This document shows positions 1 to 9,610 of a DNA stretch of 64,000 nt, in pieces. The notes beneath the pieces were generated by a model. It saw nothing but the letters and a program-made list of their open reading frames with translations, did no database searches and was not told the origin of the DNA. Made by a program: the position numbers and the translations under genes. Source of the DNA: Pristiophorus japonicus (Eukaryota); assembly GCF_044704955.1 (NCBI RefSeq), contig NC_091977.1, positions 79,484,001 to 79,548,000 of the forward strand, written 5' to 3'. Every line of letters starts with the position of its first letter. The stretch's first letter is position 1.

Positions 1-55
1 CTGGAGCACGGCGCGGGCTGTTGTTGGCCGGGGCGCCCGGCGGGGGCGGGCTCAC

Positions 56-160
56 CTCGGTGGTGCTCGAATCCGAGTTGAGCCGCTTCCTCTCGCCGTG
101 AGGCTCCTCGCCGTGACAGCGCTTTCGCTTCTTGTCTTTGGCCGATTTCTTGCCCGCCAT
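56..160 (-). CDS. CAAP1: CAAP1 (caspase activity and apoptosis inhibitor 1) coding exon 1; gene continues off the left edge
   Basis: ATG at 160 reads MAGKKSAKDKKRKRCHGEEPHGERKRLNSDSSTTE, then a GTGAG donor at 55-51. Resembles the human CAAP1 N-terminus (MTGKKSSREKRRKR) and matches the CAAP1-PLAA order and orientation in human. CpG-rich context. Confidence 0.8.
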
Positions 161-330
161 CGCACGCCGCTTCAAAAATCCGATTCCGCTCGTGCCCGCC
201 GGAAGTGACTTTCCGCCCCGCCCATCGGTTCTGGTGACCTCTGACCTGTGTGTTCAGGCGGGGTCACGGCCCGGCCTCATCTGGGCGGCTCGCTCGCTGC
301 ACGTGGGCCGGGAGCTCAGCGCTCGGAGCT
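161..330 (-). promoter_or_regulatory. CAAP1 CpG-island promoter/5'UTR with ETS site, GC box and DR1
   Basis: CCGGAAGTG at 199-207, CCGCCC at about 213-218, TGACCTcTGACCT at 235-247, directly upstream of the ATG. Confidence 0.6.
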
Positions 331-574
331 TCCCTAAAACATTTGATAATCAAGGGTGGGAATTAATTTCCCCAATGTCTTCAAGGAAAAAACAATTTTG
401 CAAATACCCGCCTTATGTTCAGGTGGCTCAACTCATTAAAATAATTTAGGCATATTTCTGGTTCGAACAAAACGAAGGGAAGCTCGTTCTCGACAATCTT
501 AATAATGTCCCCGTCTGTCAGACAGTATTCTCTGCGGTGCAAACTGCTCGCGGAAGGAGATGGTTCTGGGGCTA

Positions 575-2030
575 CAGAAACAAAATACTGCGGATGCTGG
601 AATCTGAAATAAAAACACAAAATGCTGGAAATACTCAGCAGGTCAGGCAGCATGGTGGAGCGAGAGAAACAAGAGTTAACGTTTCAGGTCGATGGCCCTT
701 GTCAGAACTGGAAAAAGTTACAGAAATAACAGGTGTTAAGCAAGTGCAGAGGCAGGAAAGGGTGGAGGGGAGGAAAGAACAAAAGGGAAGGTCTGTGATA
801 GGGTGAAAGGCAAGAGATTAAGAGACCAAAGGGATGCTAGTCATCATAGCAGTCCCTCAGAATCGAGGAAGACTTACTTTCACTCTTAAAATGAGTCCTT
901 AGGTAGCTGACCAATCTAATATGAGAACCACAGTCCCTGTCACAGGTGGGACAGATAGGCGTTGAGGGAAGGGGTGGGTGGGACTGGTTTGCTGCATGCT
1001 CTTCTGCTGCCTGCGCTTGATTTCTGCATGCTCTTGGCGATGAGACTCGAGGTGCTCAGCGCCCTCCGGATGCTCTTCCTTCACTTAGGGCGATCTTTGG
1101 CCAGGGACTCCCAGATGTCAGTGGGGATGTTGCACTTTATCAGGGAGGCTTTCAGGGTGTTCTTGTAACGTTTCCTCTGCCCACCGTTGGCTCGTTTGCC
1201 GTGAAGGAGTTCCGAATAGAGCGCTTGCTTTGGGAGTCTCGTGTCTGGCATGCGAACGATGTGGCCTGCCCAGCAGAGCTGATCAAGTGTGGTCACTGCT
1301 TCAATGCTGGGGATGTTGGCCTGGTCAAGGACATTAATGTTGGTGCATCTATCCTCCCAGGGGATTTGTAGGATCTTGTGGAGGCATCGTTGACGATATT
1401 TCTCCAGCAACTTGGTGTCTACGGTACATGATCCATATCTCTGAGCCATACAGGAGGGCGGGTATTACTACTATGACCATGAGCATGGTGGCAGATTTAA
1501 GGGCCTGGTCTTCAAACACACTTTTCCTCAGGTGGCCAAAGACTGCACTGGCGCACTGGAGGCGGTGTTGAATCTTGTCGTCAATGTCTGCTCTTGTTGA
1601 CAAGAGGTTGTCGAAGTATGGGAAATGATCCACGTTGTCCAGGGCCGCCCCATGGATCTTGATGACTGGGGGGGGGGGGGGGGGGGCCGGGGGTAGTGCA
1701 TTGTGGCGAGGACAGGCTGTTGGAGGACCTTTGTCTTACGGATGTTTAGCATAAGGCCTATGCGGTCATATGCCTCAGTAAATACGTCGACTAGGTCCTG
1801 GAGTTCAGTCTCTGTGTGCAGACACAGGGATGCTAGTGCAAGGCAAAAGGAACTGGTAATGGGACAAGTTAAGATACAAAAGATGAGTCCAGGTAGGGTG
1901 TAAATGGTGATGGAAGAAACATTAACAGCTGCCATGGGAAAGAAACAAATAGGGGCAGAGGTTATGCTTTGAAATGGTTGAGCTCTTATGTTGAGTGCAG
2001 ACAGCTGTAAAGCCTGCCGAAACAAAAGAC
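575..2030. mobile_element. Penelope-like element remnant (shark-type terminal repeat), interrupted by an RTE
   Basis: aaaatactgcggatgctggaatctgaaataaaaac...gttaacgtttcaggtcga recurs at 23017-23220, about 36655 and about 62375. Family assignment is from recalled shark repeats. Confidence 0.5.
842..1825 (-). mobile_element. RTE-clade LINE 3' fragment
   Basis: ORF fragments HFPYFDNLLS, WAGHIVRMPDTRLPKQALY, GGQRKRYK. (CAT)n tail on the + strand. 12-bp TSD AGGGATGCTAGT at 830-841 and 1826-1837. Confidence 0.9.
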
Positions 2031-2746
2031 GAGGTGAGAGAAGGAGGAACTGAAGGGAATCCTTATTAGTCAGGAAATTGTGTTAGGGAAATTGAGGGGA
2101 TTGAAGGCCGATAAAGCCCCAGGGCCTGATACCAGAGTACTTAAGGAAGTGGCCCTAGAAATAGTGGATGCATTGGTAGTCATTTTGCAACATTCTGTAG
2201 ACTCTGGTTCAATTCCTATGGATTGGAGGGTAGCTAATGTAACCCCACTTTTTAAAAAAGGGAGAAAACAGGGCATTATAGACTGGTTAGCCTGATATCG
2301 GTAGTGGGGAAAATGCTGTAATCAATTATTAAAGCTGTAATAGCAGTGCATTTGGAAAGCAGTGACGGGATCGGTTCAAGTCAGCATGGATTTATAAAAG
2401 GGAAATCATGCTTGACAAATCTTCTGGAATTTTTTGAGGATGTAACTAGTAGAGTGGATAAGGGAGAACTAGTGGATGTGGTGTATTTGGACTTTCAAAA
2501 GGCTTTTGACAAGGTCCCACACAAGAGATTAGTGACAAAATTAAGGCATGTGGTATTGGGGGTAATGTACTGACGTGGATAGAGAACTGGTTGGCGGACA
2601 GAAAGCAAAGAGTGGGAATAAACGGGACCTTTTCTGAATGGCAGGCAGTGACTAGTGGGGTGCCGCAGGGTTCAGCTTTTTACAATATACATTAGTGATT
2701 TAGACGAAGGAATGGAATGTAATATCTCCAAGTTTGCAGATGACAC

Positions 2747-3088
2747 TGATAGAGAATTCAAACAGGTTGCAGACAGGCTGCAAAGTTGAGAAAACACAGA
2801 CTCCATGTCTACGTGCTAGTGAGCACATTGTGTTAAATCATCAAAATCAACTTGACATTTCAGGACCTTTGACAATGAGCCAATTAGGGGTTAACAATAT
2901 ATCAATTGAGCCAATAAGGTCAAAGGAGGCAAGTTCTGTAAATTCATCCAGGATAAGAACAGCCATGTGTTCTCAGAAGGACAAAGGAACTGGCAATCAG
3001 CCAAAAGCTTCTATGCTGCTGTTGGAATAAAATTACGTTAAACCTACAACCGGAGTTCGCATTTCATTGAAAATTAAGAGATCTAACA
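2747..3088 (+). repeat. ERV 5' LTR (342 bp)
   Basis: TGATAGAG...CTAACA, direct repeat of 9273-9610, AATAAA at 3026-3031. Confidence 0.95.
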
Positions 3089-3092
3089 ATTT

Positions 3093-3110
3093 TGGCGTCA
3101 CAAACAGGAT
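3093..3110 (+). other. Primer binding site, tRNA-Ser(CGA) type
   Basis: TGGCGTCACAAACAGGAT, 4 nt after the LTR. 17/18 complementary to the recalled vertebrate tRNA-Ser-CGA 3' end (ATCCTGTTCGTGACGCCA). Confidence 0.8.
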
Positions 3111-3378
3111 TGCTGAGGCAAGAAACTGAATTTTGGACATCAGTCCTACATACTGAGGTAAGGACTCCTCTTTATAAAAAGTCCTCGGTCAATTGTCTAA
3201 ATTCGCCTCCCCTTCTAGGCGATTCTGAAAGCCTCCGGTTTGCGAATCCTCCGGTTGGTGATCGGCTTGAGATCCCACAGACGTCTAAACTTCGGCGGTG
3301 TGTTAGTTAATTCATCACCGACCCACTGATTCGGCTGGAAAGCCTACGACTCAAGACCCCAGTAAAGAAATTAATAAT

Positions 3379-4925
3379 ATGGCAGCTGAAGACAAGAGCA
3401 AATAATTGCCTACTACTGTTAAAGGTGGATGGGCAACACCCGAGGTTTCGATAGATGAAATCCTCGAACAGTTGAAAGAATACATCGAGCAACAATTCAA
3501 CTTATCTAAAACCTGTGTTAAGATCGAACGAAAATACAGTACCTCCAAAGGACAATGGTCCTTGGATGAGATCAAAAGGGTCTGGGGAAAAACGACCTGT
3601 ATGAAAAATAAACAAACGAACCAGATGGTCCCTTGCTGTTGTGGGACAGATCCAACAGCGGAATGAAATTATAACGTGTTCGCAATATGATAGGGACCTG
3701 ACCAGTACAAAGGACCAATTGCAAGCGGTTTGTGAACAGCTGAGACAGAAAAAGCTTGAACTTGAAAAAAGTCAGAAGTGGAAGTTAAAGATCTTAAAAG
3801 GTGAAATTAAAGAATGGAAAAAATCATTAGGTCAAGAGACAGTAATAGGAAAAGGAAAATGTATCGGTCAATTCCCAAGGTACCCATGTTTGGATAAATT
3901 AAAAGCGCAAACCCGAAGACACGACCAAGGAATAGAGATACAGATTGTGAGTCCTCCGACGATACAGGGTCGGAGGATGAAGAATTAGGGATGCGCTTTG
4001 CCCCGTTTAAAAAAAAGACGAGTTGTAGTCAAATCAGAAGAGACTGCGGATGAGGACGGAACCAAAAAAACGAAGAAAAGGGTATATGCAGAATACTTAT
4101 TTCATGATCCGGCATACCCAGAGAAAATTGATAAATGGTCCAAGGAGTTGCCCAATCCAAAGAAAGGGGAAGTGAAAACGTGGGACCAATTGGACCGCTG
4201 AAGAAATATATATCAACTTCATCCCTGGGATGGAGTGCAAATTTTGACCATAATGATGCCAAAAACACAAGGAAGAAGCAGCTTTGGGGCAGGATGAGCA
4301 AGAATTAAACGCAGGATGGGAGGCGATTAAACACTGGCTGCAAGCCTTCTATCCAGCTAAGACTGACTGGGGAAAAATTGCAGCCTGCCAACAGAAAGGA
4401 ACAGAGGAGGTCCTGGAGTATGACGAACGGTTTAGATGCACGTGGCTAGAACATTCGGGTATGAATAATACGGATGAGGAAATGGATGAACAAGAGTTTG
4501 GACCCCTGAAAGCAGCTTTCGTGGCAGGTCTAAAGCCAGAACTGTCCAAAATGCTTAAGGTAGTGTTACCAGACTGGGAAGGCAGAGGAACTACCTTTGC
4601 AGCATTGGTGAATCGATGTAACCAATTAGACAGGGATATGGGAGCTAAAGTTCGAGCTGTGCAGGCTATGGGATGGAAATCCCAGGATTCCGATAAACAG
4701 TCATTGGGAAAATTACCCGGAAAATGTCATTATTGTGGGAAAAAAGGTCACTGGGCCAAGACGTGCAGGGCGAAATAGCAAGGTCGCGGCCGGGGAAGAG
4801 GACGTGGCCAGGGATACAATTCAGCCAATAAACCAGGCTTGCCACAAGATAACGACCTCATAGAAGCATTTAAGCGCCTGACAATACAACAGAAGGAGTT
4901 ACTTGGGATAGCAAAAAACGATTAG
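3379..4925 (+). pseudogene. gag: ERV gag (stops and frameshifts)
   Basis: ORF fragments 3406-3666, 3641-3988, 3998-4201, 4284-4778. MHR-like QKGTEEVLEYDERF, single CCHC knuckle CHYCGKKGHWAKTC, RG-rich tail, frame ends at TAG 4923-4925. Confidence 0.85.
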
Positions 4926-7900
4926 AGCCCACCCTGGCCCCCCTCCTTGCACTAATACAACAGAGGGGAGATGGGCTATATATAACTGAGGGTGGGCGAT
5001 AAGGATGTGGACTGTCTTTTAGACACAGGGGTGGAATTAACATGCTTACCCCTACAATATGGTAGGGCACATACAGCCTTTGGAGTTGGGGGCCATAAAA
5101 TGGAAATTAAAAGGACAACACCGGTACTTTTCGGGCTGGGTCCACATGAACTAACCACGCCGGTCTGGATAGGCCCAGTAGATCAACCCCTTTTGGGAAT
5201 GGACATTCTAATCCAAGTAGATTCATCGTTGCATTGAGGATGATCAGGTGACATGGTCAATTAGAACTTAAAGAAGAATTGAAGGAACACCCGATATGGG
5301 CTAAAGACAAGAATGATTGTGGCCTATTCCAGATGGAGCCTGTGTCATTTACCGGGACCAAGCCTCCATGCACTAAACAGTTTCCCATCAGTCCAACTGC
5401 CATCGCGGGAATCTTACCGGTTATTCAGCAATTGGAGAAACAAGGGGTGCTTATTAAAACGCATAGCTCCTCCAATAGCCCCGTGTGGCCGGTACAGAAA
5501 TCTAATGAAACTTGGCGTTTGACTGTCGATTATAGGAAAGCTAACCAGTGTATTGATCAAAAAGCTCCTTTGGTCGCAGATCCCTCCACCATTTTTAATG
5601 CCCTCAAACCGGAACATAAATATTTCTCGGTTGTAGATATGGCCAACGGATTTTGGTCAGTGCCTCTGGAACCGGAGGTTCGACAGTGGTTTGCTTTCAT
5701 GGTCCAAGGACAACAGTATACTTGGACCCAGTTACCGCAGGGTTTCCACAACAGCCCTACGGTATTCCACATGGCTTTACAATGCCATTTGCGAGAATTA
5801 CCTCCCCTGTCATCCAATATGTAGACGATATCCTGCTAGCTTCAAACACGGAAGAACAGCATGAACAAGATTTATGAGCTTTGCTGGATCACCTTTGGCT
5901 GAAAGGACATAAAGCCAGCATCGACAAAGCACAAATATCCCAAGAAGAGATTGTATACCTGGGACAAAAGATTTCACAAGGAAAGAGAGAACTTACCCAG
6001 GATAGAACTGCAGCCATTCAGGCTGCTAAAAAACCCATCACTATTCAGGAACTAAGATCCTTTTTGGGATTGTGTAACTTTAACAGAAATTGGATTGACT
6101 CCTTCACACAGCTTGCTTAGCCATTGAATGATATCTTAAAGGGGAAAGTGCCTCTAAAGAAGCCATCACCCTCACTAACAGCAAGAGGCCTTCCGGAGTT
6201 TGAAAAAGGCTGTGTGTTCAGCATCGGCTCTGGGAATCCCCGACAGTGGTAAGCCATTTACCCTGTTTGTCCATAAGAAAGAAGGATACATGACAGCTAT
6301 ACTGACACAAGAACATTGGGGATCAGCAAAGACCAAATGGCTATTATTCGGCAAAACTGGATGCGGTAGCCCTCGGATGGGGAAGTTGCCTAAGGGCCAT
6401 GGAAGCTACATGTCGAGCGGTAATGACCACTGCGGGACTAGTCCTCGACCAAAGATGATTGTCAAGTGTCCCCACACTGTACACGCTTTGTTGTCTGAAT
6501 AGAATGTCTCAGGTGACGGCAGCTAGATGGACCCACTGGACAGCAGTTTTGGAAACTCCTAATCTCCATATCGTCCGGGCAAACCCGGTTAATCCTGCAA
6601 CTATGCTCCCGATGTCAGAATCGAGGGAGCAAGAGGGGGGAGAATGTGAAGAGCATGACTGCGTGGAGATTTTAAAAGAAACAGAAGCAGCAGCCTTAGC
6701 AGCAGAGGAGCCTCTGCACATCCCAGACCTCATCCTGTTTACAGATGGTTCCTCCTTTGTTGACAATGGTACCAGAAAAGCAGGATGGGCAGTTACAACC
6801 TTATATGAGGTAGTGGCAAAAGGATGTTTACCCTCAGGAACGTCAGCACAACAGGCCGAGTTACGGGTCCTGTCAGAAGCATGTTGAATAGCAGAAGGAC
6901 AGACTGCTAACGTCAACACAGATTCGCGTTATGCTTTTGGAGTCACTCACGACTTTGGTCTGTTATGGCGGAAAAGAGGATTCCTCACTGCCGCTGGTAC
7001 ATCTATCCGAAATGGAAAAGAAGTCCGAGACTTACTAGAGGCCATACAATTACCTCAGGAAGTATCCATCCTGAAGTGTAAGGCCCATACCAAGGAAAAT
7101 ACCACGGAAGCACAGGGAAATGCCCTAGCCGACCAGGCAGGACGCTCCCCCAGAAGAACGAACACAGATGTGCAGATTGAAAGCACTCAGGACTCAGACA
7201 CAAGACCTTCAAACAATGCAAGGCGAGTGCTCCAGAGAGGAAAAGTGGACATGGATTAGGCAGGAATTAAGCTATGCGAAGATGGTGTCTGGAGACAAAG
7301 TTACCAACAAGCCAGTCACACCACAAGCGCTTATGCCTTTTTTAGCCCAACAGATCCACTCGTGGGGACACTTGACCTCACAACAGATGACGGCACGGTT
7401 CCAGAAAAGCTGGTGGGGTCGTAGATTTAAAAAACACACCCAGCTGGTAGCAGACCGATGTGTGATCTGCCAGAAAAATAATTCTGGACCCATCACGGTA
7501 ATGCCCCAACTGAGGCCCCCTGCCAGTGTCAGACCATTCCAGCATCTGCAGGTTGATTATATATTTCTCCCTCCATGCCAAGGATACAGTAACATTTTTG
7601 TCATGGTCGACAGATTCTCTAGATGGGTAGAAACTGTCCCAACTAAAAGAGCCACAGCCAATCACACTGCAAAAGATCTTGTGTAAGGATTACATTCCCC
7701 AATGGGGAGTCCTGAGTAGCATTGACTCAGATCAGGGAACACATTTCACAGGTGCTGTCTGCCAAGAAGTCTGTCGGTTACTGAACATTACGTGGGATTT
7801 ACATAGTCCTTATCACCCACAATCATAAGGACAAGTAGAGTGAATGAATCGAACTCTGAAACAGTGGCTTGCCAAATATCACCAAGAAGGAACACCATGG

Positions 7901-8330
7901 TCCCAGGCACTACCAATAGTGCTATGTAGCATTAGGGCAACCCCAAACAGAACTACAGGTCTGAGCCCATTTGAAATTATAACAGGAAGACAACCCATGT
8001 CGCTGCCAGGAAATATCGATTTACAGAAAGCTGATGTTCACTTAATGAGTGACACTTTGTTATCACACAGTCAGGACCTAACCAATGCTATTAGTTCTGT
8101 TTCCCGACAGGTATCGTCAGCTTGGGGTAATCCACCCGAAGGAGGACACGACATCATCTCAGAAGTTTGGGTGTATGTGAAAAAGTTGCATAAAGAACCT
8201 TTGGGTGCCAAGTGGGAGGGACCTTATCAAGTGTTATTGACCACCCAGGCAGCTGTTGAAGTCCAAGGAAAGAAAGCCTGGATCCACGCTTCACACGTTA
8301 AATGAGCACCCGTAACTGAAGCTGAAATCT
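4919..8330 (+). pseudogene. pol: ERV pro-pol (protease, RT, RNase H, integrase), disrupted
   Basis: PR LLDTG. RT WRLTVDYR, LPQGFHNSP, QYVDDILLAS. RNase H FTDGSS, SAQQAEL. IN HHCC (H-SWG-H...CVIC), LQVDY, DSDQGTHFTG, WEGPYQV. Confidence 0.95.
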
Positions 8331-8356
8331 GACAAAGACAATTACTTTTTGCCAAA

Positions 8357-9014
8357 ATGTATAAATTTACTGTATTACTGACTGCAGGTATTCTAGGCAT
8401 TTGCCTACTTACTAGCCGACCCTCTGCACCAAAGGGAAATAGTAGAGTACCCAGGGAATTACATGTAAATACCTTTTTACATATGTCATACATTTATGCC
8501 AAAGTAACACTTCTAGTTGTTGGGTGTGTGCACACATATTCCTATTCACTCAAATGATACTTCAGAGGCCCTAGTTAAAATCAATGCAGAAATGGTAGCA
8601 ATCCGCACAGTAGCCCTACAGAATAGACTGGCCCTTGACTACATCCTGGCTGAAAATGGAGGTACTTGCGCCCGACTCGGAACTAAGTGTTGCACATATA
8701 TTCCAGATCGCGCCGAAGAAATTACCCACTTAGCGGAGCATATCCAAAAGGAGATAGAAAAAATTAAGCAACCCCCATCATTCACTTTGTGGAGCAGAGC
8801 CACTGAATGGCTAGGTTCAATAGGAACTTCATTGGTGGAAGGTTTAATTCTATTTGTAATTATTTTACTTTTATATTGTTTGTTTATGTTGATTAAATGT
8901 TGTTGCAACCAGGCGGCTGTAGCTGCTGTCCCACCTTGCAGGTTCCAGCAGACCGTCTGTACGTGGCACAGGGGTATGTTATGCTTAAGGGAAGGTTGTT
9001 TACTGATTGAATGA
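8357..9014 (+). pseudogene. env: ERV env, gamma-type, frameshifted with a large internal deletion
   Basis: Signal peptide MYKFTVLLTAGILGICLL, NTSSCWVC, ISD LQNRLALDYIL, CX6CC (CARLGTKCC), membrane-spanning helix. Confidence 0.9.
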
Positions 9015-9250
9015 AGATATTGATTTGGATTAAATTGGAATGAGGTTAATTAACCTACTAAAACCAGACTTCCATTGTGGCCACGATGGAATTCAGGTTG
9101 ATGTAAATTTGTGTGGAAGCTACTAGTCCGGATATGTGGTGAAACACATCAACAAATTTTAGAAGGAAACTCTTAACATGTATGAAATTATTTTGTAGAA
9201 TGTTTAACCAGTGATGCCTGATGTTTTATGATTCAGTTTGTGAAAGAATC

Positions 9251-9270
9251 AAGGGGAGGGGGGGGGGGGG
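9251..9270 (+). other. Polypurine tract
   Basis: AAGGGGAGGGGGGGGGGGGG, 2 nt before the 3' LTR. Confidence 0.85.
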
Positions 9271-9272
9271 AT

Positions 9273-9610
9273 TGATAGAGAATTCAAACAGGCTGCAAAG
9301 TTGAGAACAGACTCCATGTCTACGTGCTCGTGAGCACATTGCATTAAGTCATCAAAATCAACATGACATTTGCAGGACCTTTGGCAGCGAGCCAATTAGG
9401 GGTTAACAATATATCAATTGAGCCAATAAGGTCAAAGGAGGCGAGTTCTGTAAATTCATCCAGGATAAGAACAGCCATGTTTTGCCATGTGTTCTCAGAA
9501 GGACAAAGGAACTGGCAATCAGCCAAAAGCTTGTATGCTGCTGTTAGAATAAAGTTACGTTAAACCTACAACCGGAGTTCGCATTTCATTGAAAATTAAG
9601 AGATGTAACA
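9273..9610 (+). repeat. ERV 3' LTR (338 bp)
   Basis: Repeat of 2747-3088, followed by the ACAC TSD. Confidence 0.95.

Larger units (their letters stand above)
2747..9610 (+). mobile_element. Degenerate endogenous retrovirus provirus (LTR-gag-pro-pol-env-LTR)
   Basis: TG...CA LTR pair, 4-bp TSD ACAC (2743-2746 and 9611-9614), PBS, PPT, and Gag CCHC, PR, RT, RNase H, IN and TM motifs. Confidence 0.97.

Noticed and set aside
132-449. 105-aa plus-strand ORF
   Set aside because: Antisense to CAAP1 exon 1 and promoter, non-ATG start, no recognisable domain; a GC-rich artefact
8517-9014. Domesticated syncytin-like env
   Set aside because: The signal peptide is out of frame, there is no ATG start, and the furin site and fusion peptide are missing; an open frame of this length is expected at about 4% LTR divergence
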